NCBI GenBank assembly: GCA_016189905.1
Contig: JACPRP010000118.1
Span: 11,478 to 75,477, forward strand
DNA length: 64,000 nt
Direction of reading: 5' to 3'
From: Chloroflexota bacterium
GTDB taxonomy: Bacteria; Chloroflexota; UBA6077; FW602-bin22; JACPRP01
Positions 1 through 8,936 of this stretch are shown piece by piece (the first letter of the stretch is position 1; every line of letters starts with the position of its first letter). The notes beneath the pieces are model-generated. The model saw only the letters and a program-made list of their open reading frames with translations, searched no databases and had not been told where the DNA came from. Both the position numbers and the translations under genes were made by a program.

Positions 1-2
1 AT

Positions 3-1658
3 GATAGCCTCATCCTGGACCCTTTTTCGCTGAGGGGTATGGATCGCGCGGTCGAGCGGGTCAGTGAGGCTGTTGCTCGGCAGGAAACTGTCGCCATCTT
101 CGGCGATTTCGACGTCGACGGGGTCACCAGCGCCGCTTTGCTCTGGGAGGTGCTCCGTGCTCTGGGTGTTCGTACCCTGACTCACATTCCCAACCGAGCC
201 GAGGAGGGTTATGGGGTCAACATACCCGCGCTAGTACGTCTGCGCGGCCAGGGTGCGACCCTGCTCATTACTGTGGATTGTGGCATAAGCGCTGTGGATG
301 AGATCGCGGCGGCGCGGAATATGGGCCTCGACGTCATTATCACCGATCATCATCAGGTCCCGCGGCCCGTCCCCGATGCCTCCGTCATCATCAACCCCCG
401 CCAGGCCTGTTGCAGCTATGCGTTCAAAGAGCTGGCCGGAGTGGGGGTCGCCTTCAAGCTGGCACAGGCTTTGCTCTCTCGCCTGCCGCTTCAACATGGA
501 AGATCGCGTGCTGAGATCGAAAAGAGCCTTCTCGATCTCGTTGCCCTGGGCACCGTGGCCGATGTAGCCCCGTTGCTTGGCGAGAACAGGGCTCTCGTCC
601 GTCGCGGCCTCCGTGAGCTGTCTACGACCGCCCGCCCAGGGCTAAGACAACTGATCGCCAGAGCCGGGCTCCGCCCCGGTTGTATCAGCAGCCATAATAT
701 CAGCTACGCGCTCGGTCCTCGTCTTAACGCCGCTGGCCGTCTTCATGACGCGTTTGTGAGCTACCGCCTCTTGACGACCGATTCGGAAGAGGAGGCGCGA
801 ATGCTGGCAGAAGATCTGGAGGCTACCAACCAGGAACGCCAGCGCTTGACGGAAGATGCGCTGAGCCGCGCTCGAGATGAGATTGCTGCCGGCGGTCACG
901 TTCCCAAGCTGCTGGTCGTATCGGGCGCAGAGTATCCTTCAGGGGTGGTCGGCCTGGTGGCCGGCAAGCTGATGGAAGAGTTCTATCGTCCCGTCGTGGT
1001 GGTCGAGCTTAGAGACGAGGAAAGCCGGGGTTCGGCGCGTAGCATCGCCGAGCTTGACATAACAGAGGCGCTATCTTCCTGTAATGATCTGCTATCTCGC
1101 TACGGGGGGCACGCCAGGGCTGCGGGCTTCGCCATTCCCAATCACAACCTCGATGTGTTCAAGGACAGGCTGCTTACCCTGGTGGAGACCAGGTTTGAAG
1201 GTATGGAGTTGCGGCCCAGCCTATATGTCGACCGTGAGGTATCTTTCCGGGAGATCGGCTGGGACCTTCACCGCCTCCTCGGCGACCTTGAGCCCTTTGG
1301 TTTCGGCAATCCGGTCCCCACGTTCTTGACGCGCCGGGTTCGGGCAGTCGAGGCGAGGGTTGTTGGGCATGGGGTTCCATCAAGAGCGGAGAAAGGGGAG
1401 CATCTTCCTGAAAAATCGGGTGCCATGCCTCAAACGCAAAAAGGGGCGTCGATCTCGGAGAGAAAGGCCCGCACCCATCTGCGATTGCGCCTGAGCGATG
1501 GCCACTATTTATGGAACGCCATCGCGTTTGGCCTGGGCGAGCTTGCCGGCATCATAATGCGAAAGGAGATCGACGTCGTCTACAGCCTGGCGGCCAACGA
1601 ATGGAATGGCCAGGTATCCCTCCAGCTTCACGTTAAAGACCTGCGCATCTCTGACTAG
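3..1658 (+). CDS. recJ: Single-stranded-DNA-specific exonuclease RecJ (5' end beyond the window edge)
   Basis: DHH motifs GDFDVDG, ITVDCG, TDHH, GTVADV, PRLNAAGR, GSARS, GGHARAAG, LEPFGFGNP. The frame is open from position 3 (LDPFSLRGMDRA). Confidence 0.96.
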   Translation, partial: DSLILDPFSLRGMDRAVERVSEAVARQETVAIFGDFDVDGVTSAALLWEVLRALGVRTLTHIPNRAEEGYGVNIPALVRLRGQGATLLITVDCGISAVDEIAAARNMGLDVIITDHHQVPRPVPDASVIINPRQACCSYAFKELAGVGVAFKLAQALLSRLPLQHGRSRAEIEKSLLDLVALGTVADVAPLLGENRALVRRGLRELSTTARPGLRQLIARAGLRPGCISSHNISYALGPRLNAAGRLHDAFVSYRLLTTDSEEEARMLAEDLEATNQERQRLTEDALSRARDEIAAGGHVPKLLVVSGAEYPSGVVGLVAGKLMEEFYRPVVVVELRDEESRGSARSIAELDITEALSSCNDLLSRYGGHARAAGFAIPNHNLDVFKDRLLTLVETRFEGMELRPSLYVDREVSFREIGWDLHRLLGDLEPFGFGNPVPTFLTRRVRAVEARVVGHGVPSRAEKGEHLPEKSGAMPQTQKGASISERKARTHLRLRLSDGHYLWNAIAFGLGELAGIIMRKEIDVVYSLAANEWNGQVSLQLHVKDLRISD

Positions 1659-1690
1659 CGGTCGATCTAGCTACCGGATTGTGCACCAGG

Positions 1691-1718
1691 TTGAATTCTT
1701 CTTGACATATGCTATAAT
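1691..1718 (+). promoter_or_regulatory. Sigma70-type promoter
   Basis: TTGAAT-N16-TATAAT with extended -10 (TGcTATAAT), upstream of the 66-aa ORF. Confidence 0.65.
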
Positions 1719-1801
1719 GCTTGCGCGCGGTTACCAGCACGGTCTCAACCTGCGTGTCCTATCGTGGCTTCGTTTCTTAAGAGTTAGCAGGGAGGTGGAC
1801 G

Positions 1802-2002
1802 ATGAGGAAGGGAACATTCGAAGAGGAAGGTGATAGTGCTGGAGGCCAGAAGGTCTACCGCCTGAAGTGGAATAAGAGGCAATACACTCTTACCTCAAAG
1901 GAGATCCTGTCTGGCCTTTTCGTCCGCTATCTAATCAGCCGTGGCAAGCTGAGCGAGTTCTATAGCTCTGGCGACCAGAGTGCCGCGCAGGCCAACGAGT
2001 AG
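1802..2002 (+). CDS. Small hypothetical protein (66 aa)
   Basis: GGAGGTG RBS and its own promoter. Basic, helical C-terminal segment LFVRYLISRGKLSE. Confidence 0.7.
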   Translation: MRKGTFEEEGDSAGGQKVYRLKWNKRQYTLTSKEILSGLFVRYLISRGKLSEFYSSGDQSAAQANE

Positions 2003-2023
2003 GTCCGCTATGTTTAAGACGCT

Positions 2024-2869
2024 CTACGCCTTGCGAATGTAGATCTCGATCTGATTGGGACCTTTCTCGATGGTCTTATGCTTGTATCCAAGCTCGGCTA
2101 GCTTCGGGTACAGATACGCCGGGCGCCGCTGATGATGGACCAGCAAAGTCTCCCCATGCTTCAGGCTGGCCAGCGCGTCCATAATCTTGATCATCGGTTG
2201 TGGTGGCGTGAGTTCGCCAACATCGATCGTGATTGTGGCGGTTGCGGCGGTCGTGTCTATCCCCCCATCCTCTGCAGGCCTCGCTTGATCGATGCTGCCG
2301 GAATCCGTTTTTGCCCCCTGCGTTCTGGCTGTCTTCAAGAAGAATATCTCCCAGTCCTCTGTCCCAAGCTTCCGTGCCCACGCGACGAAACCCTGCTTCC
2401 CAAGTACGTCATAAAGTGGAAGCGGCTCGAAAGTGTTCCTGAGTTGGAAAACCTGCCCCTCTTGAATCTGAGAAGTCGCGGCCATTATACGCTTGAAGGG
2501 ATCGGAGTGATTCCGCTGGTCGTCGCGCACGTCGAGGCTGACGGCGATTTGAGCGCCCTTGACCCAGGCAGGCTCTGGGGTCACCGCCATCGATGGCAGC
2601 GTGAATCGGAATTCCTCGGTCGAGTTCTGGCCGATAGCTGTGTTCAGCGTTCGTACCAGCACGATTGGATCGATCCCGGCCACGGCGGCTGCTTGCGCCA
2701 CGGTTACCAGCCTGCCGTGAATGCGACGCAGAATCGGATTCTTGAGCCGCGAGAAATGCGGGCTCTGGGCAACTAGCACGTCCAAAAGCTCGGGATGCTC
2801 CTTCAAAACTTCGGCGATTTTCATGTTCGGCGTGATCGTTTTTGTCGTGGCTGCTCCGGTGGTGCTCAT
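2024..2869 (-). CDS. DUF1858 plus two DUF2249 (TusA-like fold) domain protein
   Basis: N-terminal ITPNMKIAEVLKEHPELLDVL..LKNP. Two repeats: LDVR..DPF.RIM..FEPLPLY and IDV..PPQPM.KIM..RPAYLY. Start MSTT has a GGAGG RBS and an ATGA overlap with the upstream gene. Confidence 0.8.
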   Translation of the reverse strand: MSTTGAATTKTITPNMKIAEVLKEHPELLDVLVAQSPHFSRLKNPILRRIHGRLVTVAQAAAVAGIDPIVLVRTLNTAIGQNSTEEFRFTLPSMAVTPEPAWVKGAQIAVSLDVRDDQRNHSDPFKRIMAATSQIQEGQVFQLRNTFEPLPLYDVLGKQGFVAWARKLGTEDWEIFFLKTARTQGAKTDSGSIDQARPAEDGGIDTTAATATITIDVGELTPPQPMIKIMDALASLKHGETLLVHHQRRPAYLYPKLAELGYKHKTIEKGPNQIEIYIRKA

Positions 2870-4134
2870 GCTATCCCTCCACAGATCGTTTCGTTGGTTT
2901 TGTGTGCTGACGAGGTGCGCAGGTTCTTTCGGTGGTTGATCACCTTGATCATCGCCCACACAAAGGTTATGGCGGTTACGAAAAGAATCGTGCCACCAAA
3001 CGCTAACACAATGTTTGCGCGCAGCACAAAGCCCACAATCATTGTGAGAAGCCCTGCGTTGAGGCCGTAGAGCTGGAAATGGGCCAGGCGCTCACTGAAG
3101 AGTTGCTTCAAGAGCGGCACTTCTTCGTAGCCGAGCTTGGGCGCATACACCTCCCACCAGACGACAAAAGGAACAACGTGGTACATCGCTCCGACAATCG
3201 TCATAGTCACGAACCCGATCAGGCCCAGGTGTACGTGGATTGGTACCAGATTCCCCAGGCGAAATGCGCCGACGATGGTGCCGAGTATGGCCGTTACGAC
3301 CAGATACGCTATGCCGACGAGGAAGTACTTGACTGATACGTCCAGGTGCGGGAGGCGCGATGGGCCGTAGCGCAAACTGGCGATGATGTTGTACACGAAT
3401 AGCGAGATGCCGACCAGAGTTATCAAGCCAGATACGGCGGTCAGCGTTGCGCTGCGTGTGGCCAGCGAAAGGGCGATGCCCCAGAAGCCAACGTTGATCA
3501 CGTAAAACTGAGCATCGGCCAGCCTTGGGTGGCGGAGCTCTTTCAACTGAAGCATCGGGATCATGCTGTACTCAGCCCCGATGATTGCCATTACCGTCCA
3601 GCCGAAGGCCAGGACGTGGAGCGCGAGCGTCTGCGTCGCCCACGACGGCCCGACCTGCAGAACGTTGGCGAACAAAAGGAAAATCGCTGCCACGAAGTAG
3701 GTTAACGATGCTAAATAGAACCGTAGGGTCAATACTACCTTGGTTAGATCGAGGTTCGCCAGCGCGATGATCGCCGCGAAGAGGAGAGCCCCCCCAGCGT
3801 AGATTATCGCGCTGAGGGTGAGAGCCAAGCCGTTCCCGGTCCAGCCCGCCGCCATCAGGCCAAGCAGGCCCACGTTGACGAGAATGAATTGTGGAATCGT
3901 CAGGTTCTCCCATCGTAGATCCCTTCCCTGAAGTGTGGGGAAGAACTGGTAGTAAGCTCCCATTATTGGGAAGCTCACCCACCCCAACACCGCCGGCGCC
4001 CAGTGGACCAGCGAGCTCGGAATCGGCACGATCGTCCGCAAAACGCCAATGGCCAGAGTGATGAGCAAATATGCGATTGCGGCAATCATATAGTAGCGAG
4101 TGATCCTAACCAGGCTGGTCGGTACGATTTGCAT
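2866..4134 (-). CDS. Polytopic membrane protein, heme-copper oxidase subunit I-like / NnrS-like (~12 TM)
   Basis: Repeated hydrophobic helices with HWAPAVLGW, HVLAFGW and HVHLGLIGF..GA.Y motifs. Confidence 0.7.
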   Translation of the reverse strand: MQIVPTSLVRITRYYMIAAIAYLLITLAIGVLRTIVPIPSSLVHWAPAVLGWVSFPIMGAYYQFFPTLQGRDLRWENLTIPQFILVNVGLLGLMAAGWTGNGLALTLSAIIYAGGALLFAAIIALANLDLTKVVLTLRFYLASLTYFVAAIFLLFANVLQVGPSWATQTLALHVLAFGWTVMAIIGAEYSMIPMLQLKELRHPRLADAQFYVINVGFWGIALSLATRSATLTAVSGLITLVGISLFVYNIIASLRYGPSRLPHLDVSVKYFLVGIAYLVVTAILGTIVGAFRLGNLVPIHVHLGLIGFVTMTIVGAMYHVVPFVVWWEVYAPKLGYEEVPLLKQLFSERLAHFQLYGLNAGLLTMIVGFVLRANIVLAFGGTILFVTAITFVWAMIKVINHRKNLRTSSAHKTNETICGGIA

Positions 4135-4146
4135 GTCATACCCTCC

Positions 4147-4431
4147 TCAAATGCCTGCCAGCATCTTCTCGAGCTCCTCGGCGCGCAGATAGTTGTCGAT
4201 CTTGACGTCGATTTTCTCGACCGGTATCTCTCTCAGCTTACGCTTCAACGCCAGTCCCAGTTGCATTCCGATCGGGCAGAAGTTGCTTGTGAGCGAGAAT
4301 CTCAGGGAAATGCGATCTGCCTCGACCACAAGATCGCTGATAAGTCCCATATCGTAGACGTTGCTTCCCGTGTGCGGATCCATAACCTGACGTAGCTTCT
4401 CGATTACCTGTTCTCTGGTGGCAGCCATCAC
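4147..4431 (-). CDS. DUF59 / SufT-PaaD-like metal-sulfur cluster assembly factor
   Basis: LRQVMDPH..NVYDMGLI and LTSNFCP motifs. Confidence 0.88.
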   Translation of the reverse strand: MMAATREQVIEKLRQVMDPHTGSNVYDMGLISDLVVEADRISLRFSLTSNFCPIGMQLGLALKRKLREIPVEKIDVKIDNYLRAEELEKMLAGI

Positions 4432-4484
4432 GTCCTCCTGAATACCACGTAGCTGTGCTTAGGATATCTTATCCTTTTGAAGTA

Positions 4485-4527
4485 ATTCTAACGGATAGTG
4501 CAGAATCGTGCCGCGACAAAAGTCACA
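4485..4527 (-). promoter_or_regulatory. Class II CRP/FNR-family activated promoter
   Basis: Minus strand TGTGA-N6-TCGCG (4512-4527), centred about 41.5 nt upstream of the start site predicted from the -10 TAGAAT (4485-4490). Confidence 0.65.
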
Positions 4528-4709
4528 ATTGCCGACCCGGGCGCATATTCGTGCTCAGGGCTATGCATTCTACCTGCAATCCCTCTATGTCCACCTTTGG
4601 TGCGTGGACGCATAAACAGGTTTCGTGCTACAATTCGATTCGATCAGCCCCGCGAAAAATTTGACATAAGCGTCAGGTATGATGCTACAATCATCAGGGA
4701 GATGATGAT

Positions 4710-5390
4710 ATGAAAGACAAAGGTCTATCCCAGTGGTTTGTTGTCGTCGCAGCGGTCTTCGTGACTGCCCTGGTAACGGCCAACATCATCGCGGTCAAGA
4801 TCGTCGACATTTTTGGCTGGGCTGCGCCGGCGGGTGTCGTGATCTTCCCTCTGAGCTATGTTTTCGGCGACGTTCTGACTGAGGTCTACGGCTATCGACG
4901 GGCGAGGCAGGTGATCTGGCTGGGATTCCTGTGCAATTTGATCGCGGTCGCCGCTATCTGGCTGGCGCAAGTGATGCCGGGGGCATCGATCTGGGATGGC
5001 CAGGCATCTTTCGAGCGAATACTTGGGTTTGCTCCCCGGCTACTCCTCGCTTCTTTCGCGGCTTACCTGGTCGGCGAATTTGCTAACTCCTTTGTATTGT
5101 CGCGGATGAAGATCCTCACTCGTGGACGCTGGCTGTGGAGCAGAACCATTAGCTCGACGGTAGTTGGTCAGGGACTTGATTCACTGGTATTCATTTCGCT
5201 GGCTTTCAGTGGCGTGATGCCGCTGGCCGTTATACTGACGATGATCGTTACCCAGTGGATTCTGAAGACAGCCTATGAGGTTCTGGTGACACCGTTGACG
5301 TATGCCGTGGTTGGCTTCTTAAAACGCACCGAGGGCCTTGACGCTTATGACTATGAGACCAACTTCAACCCGTTACTCGTCGGACGCTAG
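4710..5390 (+). CDS. Queuosine precursor transporter (YhhQ/VUT, DUF165)
   Basis: ANIIAVK, FPLSYVFGDVLTEVYG, LWSRTISST..GQGLDS motifs; six TM segments. Confidence 0.9.
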   Translation: MKDKGLSQWFVVVAAVFVTALVTANIIAVKIVDIFGWAAPAGVVIFPLSYVFGDVLTEVYGYRRARQVIWLGFLCNLIAVAAIWLAQVMPGASIWDGQASFERILGFAPRLLLASFAAYLVGEFANSFVLSRMKILTRGRWLWSRTISSTVVGQGLDSLVFISLAFSGVMPLAVILTMIVTQWILKTAYEVLVTPLTYAVVGFLKRTEGLDAYDYETNFNPLLVGR

Positions 5391-5436
5391 TTGCCCCTCG
5401 CGCGTTGGCGACCGTAACGCTGCGCGCTCGGAGGGT

Positions 5437-6513
5437 ATGAATTACCTGCGTATTTCGAGACTATTCACGGATTGTGTAATGGACCTTCTGCATCGCTTTC
5501 TGCGTGTCCCAACTTTCCATAAGATACTGCTTGCCAATTCGATTATCGTCAGTGCTAGCGTCGTTTTTGGCTTTCAGATGGGTGTTCACAGTGTCAGCTC
5601 CAATGGCACTTATTGGGGCATCATGTTCTCCATTACATTAGTTGGCATCGCGATCGGTTTTGCCGCTAACTTCCTCGTGTTGAAGGCGGCGCTGTTGCCG
5701 ATATCGCGGCTGCAACAAGCGGCGCGCAACGTGCGTGCGGGGGATTTGAGCGCGCGGGTCGACAAGCTAAGACTCAGCGACACTTATCTCGACAACGTGA
5801 TCGAGGCGTTCAACGCGATGCTTGACAGCGTCGAGCGCAACCAGCGGCAGTTACAGACGCTTTCACGTCAGGTGCTCCACGTGCAGGAGGAAGAGCGCAA
5901 ACGCGTGGCCAGGGAACTGCACGACGAGACCGCTCAGGCGCTCACGGCGTTGCTCGTGCAGCTTCGCCTGCTCTCGAATGCCGCCACGCTGGAGGAGGCG
6001 CAATGCCGGGTGGCAGAGTTGAGGGCATTGACGGCCCGTTCGTTAGAGGAGGTCCGTCACCTGGCGTTAGAGCTGCGCTCCGCCGTCCTCGACGACCTGG
6101 GACTTGTCGCGGGCCTGGAATGGTATGTTGACGAGTACAACGGTCGCTACAGCATCAGGGCGCAGTTAGAATGCGCCGACATCAGCCGGCGGCTTCCGCC
6201 GCAGGTGGAGCTATCTCTTTATCGCGTCGTTCAAGAGGCGCTGACTAATGCGGCGCGACATTCCAGGGCTGCGCTGGTTTGGGTCCGCTTGAAACTACTC
6301 GATAACGGCTGGATCGATCTCTCGATCGAAGATGACGGACAGGGATTCGATGTAGAGAAGGTCTTGAGCCGCCGTAACGGAGGGCTTGGCCTTTTTGGGA
6401 TGCAAGAGCGTATCGCACTGGTGGGAGGGGAGTTCCAGATCGTTTCCGCGCCAGGCCAGCATACAATCGTTCACGCTCGTGTTCCTATAGCGTGGGAGAG
6501 CTTACGTCCGTAG
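5437..6513 (+). CDS. Sensor histidine kinase (2 TM, HAMP, HisKA_3, HATPase); start uncertain (5437 or 5479)
   Basis: EEERKRVARELHDETAQ, QEALTNAARHS, DDGQGF, GLGLFGMQER. Confidence 0.93.
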   Translation: MNYLRISRLFTDCVMDLLHRFLRVPTFHKILLANSIIVSASVVFGFQMGVHSVSSNGTYWGIMFSITLVGIAIGFAANFLVLKAALLPISRLQQAARNVRAGDLSARVDKLRLSDTYLDNVIEAFNAMLDSVERNQRQLQTLSRQVLHVQEEERKRVARELHDETAQALTALLVQLRLLSNAATLEEAQCRVAELRALTARSLEEVRHLALELRSAVLDDLGLVAGLEWYVDEYNGRYSIRAQLECADISRRLPPQVELSLYRVVQEALTNAARHSRAALVWVRLKLLDNGWIDLSIEDDGQGFDVEKVLSRRNGGLGLFGMQERIALVGGEFQIVSAPGQHTIVHARVPIAWESLRP

Positions 6514-6538
6514 CCCCCATCACTCTGGAGGTCTTGAT

Positions 6539-7204
6539 TTGTCTAAGATACGCATATTGCTGGCGGACGACCATCCAGTTTTGCGGATAGGGCTGCGTAC
6601 GCTGATCGAAAACGAGCCGGACATGGAGATAATCGGCGAGGCAGCGGATGGGGAGGAAGCCGTCCAGTTCGCCGAGCGTCTCGGGCCAGACGTCGTCATT
6701 ATGGACATCTCGATGCCTGGGATCAACGGGCTCGAAGCGACCCGTCGCATTAAGAAACTTGACAGGAACCCGCCAATTCAGGTCCTCGTCCTGACCGTGC
6801 ACGCTCAGGAGCGCTACCTGTTTCCGGTTCTCCAGGCCGGAGGCGCGGGGTATGTGCGCAAGTCGAGCGCAGACGCCGAGTTGATCGGCGCCATTCGCGT
6901 GGTAGCCCGGGGAGGAGCATTTCTCTATCCATCCGCGACACGGGCGTTACTGGAGGATTACCTGCGGCGTGCCCGACTGGGCGAAGAGCAGGACAGTTAT
7001 GAACTGCTGAGCGACCGCGAGATCGACGTGCTCCGCCTCACGGCTGAAGGCCACACGGCCGCGGAGATCGCCGAGCAGTTGTCCCTCAGCGTCAAAACCG
7101 TCGAGACCTACCGCGGCCGCATAATGGAGAAGCTCAAGCTCCAATCTCGTTCAGACCTCGTACGTTACGCGCTCCGCAAAGGCCTGCTTTCCGAAAGCGA
7201 GTAG
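6539..7204 (+). CDS. NarL/LuxR-family response regulator
   Basis: LLADDH and MDISMP receiver domain; LSDRE..VL..LSVKTVETYR HTH; GGAGG RBS before TTG. Confidence 0.96.
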   Translation: MSKIRILLADDHPVLRIGLRTLIENEPDMEIIGEAADGEEAVQFAERLGPDVVIMDISMPGINGLEATRRIKKLDRNPPIQVLVLTVHAQERYLFPVLQAGGAGYVRKSSADAELIGAIRVVARGGAFLYPSATRALLEDYLRRARLGEEQDSYELLSDREIDVLRLTAEGHTAAEIAEQLSLSVKTVETYRGRIMEKLKLQSRSDLVRYALRKGLLSESE

Positions 7205-7332
7205 CACGGCTCCTCTACGGCGTTTTACAATACGATTTGCGATCCGTCGTTACAGTAGGGACGACGGGCTCATTGCCCTGTCAGGGGGCCGACCAATAAA
7301 CGCTAACGAAAACTGCTGAAAGCAAAAACATC

Positions 7333-7397
7333 GGGAATTTCCCCCGCAATCTGTCAGATTTTTCCTGACAGTGTGGCATCCGCAATTCGCGTATACT
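7333..7397 (+). promoter_or_regulatory. Inverted-repeat operators plus -10 upstream of the DoxX gene
   Basis: GGGAAtTTCCC (7333-7343), CTGTCAG-N7-CTGACAG (7351-7371), TATACT (7392-7397). Confidence 0.55.
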
Positions 7398-7503
7398 GAG
7401 CATAGATGAAACGCAGGCATTCGGCCCTATGGCAATGCAGTCGGGGCCGCTTCTCGGCAAGTCTTCGACGACGCCTGCGAATACCGTATGGAGGGAAGCA
7501 TCG

Positions 7504-8094
7504 ATGCGTTCACGGAACGAAGCTGTTCGACGGTCTCTGCCGTCTGATCCACCTCTGCTCAGCGCCCTTTTCACCAATCCGGTTTTCTCTGTGATCTGGC
7601 TGGTCGTTCGCGTCTACGTGGGTTGGCAGTGGCTGGGATCTGGTCTAGGCAAGATTCAGAACACGGCCTGGACGGTCACCGGGACGGCCCTGGAGAAATA
7701 CTGGCAAACGGCGGTCGCGATCCCCGCTACGGGCAAGCCGCCGATTACCTACGATTGGTACCGCGCATTTCTCGGCGGCCTTCTCGAAGGTGGCCATTAC
7801 ACCTGGTTTGCTAAGTTGATCGCCTTCGGTGAGCTAGCGATCGGAATCGCGCTCATCATCGGCGCGTTTGTCGGCGTCGCCGCGTTCTTCGGCGCTTTTA
7901 TGAATCTGAACTTTATGCTGGCCGGCTCGGCGAGCACTAACCCAGTCCTGTTCACCCTGGCGATACTCTTGATCCTGGCCTGGAAGATCGCTGGCCACCT
8001 GGGCTTCGACCACTGGCTACTGCCGACGGTGCGAACTCCCTGGGAGTGGGGCATCAAATGGCTTTTCCCAAGGACCTCGCCACAGACCACGTAA
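7504..8094 (+). CDS. DoxX / TQO small subunit DoxD-like membrane protein
   Basis: RVYVGWQWL.SG..K, GELAIG.ALI.G, MNLNFMLAGSASTNP, AG..G.D; RBS GGAGGG before ATG 7504. Confidence 0.88.
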   Translation: MRSRNEAVRRSLPSDPPLLSALFTNPVFSVIWLVVRVYVGWQWLGSGLGKIQNTAWTVTGTALEKYWQTAVAIPATGKPPITYDWYRAFLGGLLEGGHYTWFAKLIAFGELAIGIALIIGAFVGVAAFFGAFMNLNFMLAGSASTNPVLFTLAILLILAWKIAGHLGFDHWLLPTVRTPWEWGIKWLFPRTSPQTT

Positions 8095-8125
8095 TCCTCC
8101 TCGATGCAATGTTTCACAGCCAGGG

Positions 8126-8151
8126 GGGGCGGTTCACGAACCGCCCCTTTT
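8126..8151 (+). repeat. REP-like palindrome, possibly also the DoxX terminator
   Basis: GGGGCGGTTC-ac-GAACCGCCCC followed by TTTT. Confidence 0.65.
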
Positions 8152-8234
8152 ACCATCGTTCCTGCTATGCGGTCCGAAGTGGTCCCTTCAGGGTCAAGAT
8201 GTATGATTCAGCACGTTATGGTGCACACTCGGTA

Positions 8235-8936
8235 TCACTCCATTGCGCGCTTGGCTCGTGGACCGGGCAGATAACCCTCAAACGCCGCGGCATCGCGCAG
8301 CTTGCTCGCATCGTACTTCTCGTGATGCACCATCCTGGCCTGATCGCGACGCTGACCTTCGTGAACCTTCACCGGATAGCCCAGCGGTATGCCCGCGGCA
8401 ACTTCGAGCACCGGCGGAATGTCGAGCAGCTTGCGAATCTCGCGCTCGACGTGCGGGTGAATTGAGAGCCACGTGGTGCCCAGGCCCAGGGCCGCGGCTG
8501 CCAGTTGCATATTCTGAATCACCGCCCCCATTGTGTGATGGAAGATCACGGTCGGGGTCTCGGTGTCGAGCCGAGGGAACACCCTGCGACACCGGGTGTC
8601 GGCCAGGACTAGGATGAGCACCGGAATATTCTTGAGGTACTCCCTGGGGGTCGGCAAGAAGGTCGGATCTTTCTCGAGCGTCTGCTCGTACATCTCCATC
8701 CACAGCTTCGCCAGCTCCAGGATGGTGTCACGATTCCGCACGACGACGAACTCCCATGGCTGGGTGTTCGCCCCCGAAGGCGCCCACCTGGCTACCTCGA
8801 TAACCTTGTCGACCTGCTCGTCCGAAACCGGGTCCGGCAGATACTTTCGAATGGCTCGGCGCCGGTGCGCCACATCCAACAAAACTTCGATGTCCACTTG
8901 ATTCACTCCTTTCACCATCCTTAGACCAATGTTCAC
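8235..8936 (-). CDS. Nitroreductase family protein
   Basis: RRAIRKY, ARWAPSGANTQPWEFVVV, QNMQLAAAALGLGT, IPLGYP. Confidence 0.93.
   Translation of the reverse strand: MNIGLRMVKGVNQVDIEVLLDVAHRRRAIRKYLPDPVSDEQVDKVIEVARWAPSGANTQPWEFVVVRNRDTILELAKLWMEMYEQTLEKDPTFLPTPREYLKNIPVLILVLADTRCRRVFPRLDTETPTVIFHHTMGAVIQNMQLAAAALGLGTTWLSIHPHVEREIRKLLDIPPVLEVAAGIPLGYPVKVHEGQRRDQARMVHHEKYDASKLRDAAAFEGYLPGPRAKRAME

Noticed and set aside
1702-1718. TTGACA and TATAAT as one promoter
   Set aside because: They are only 5 bp apart; the upstream TTGAAT gives the proper spacing.
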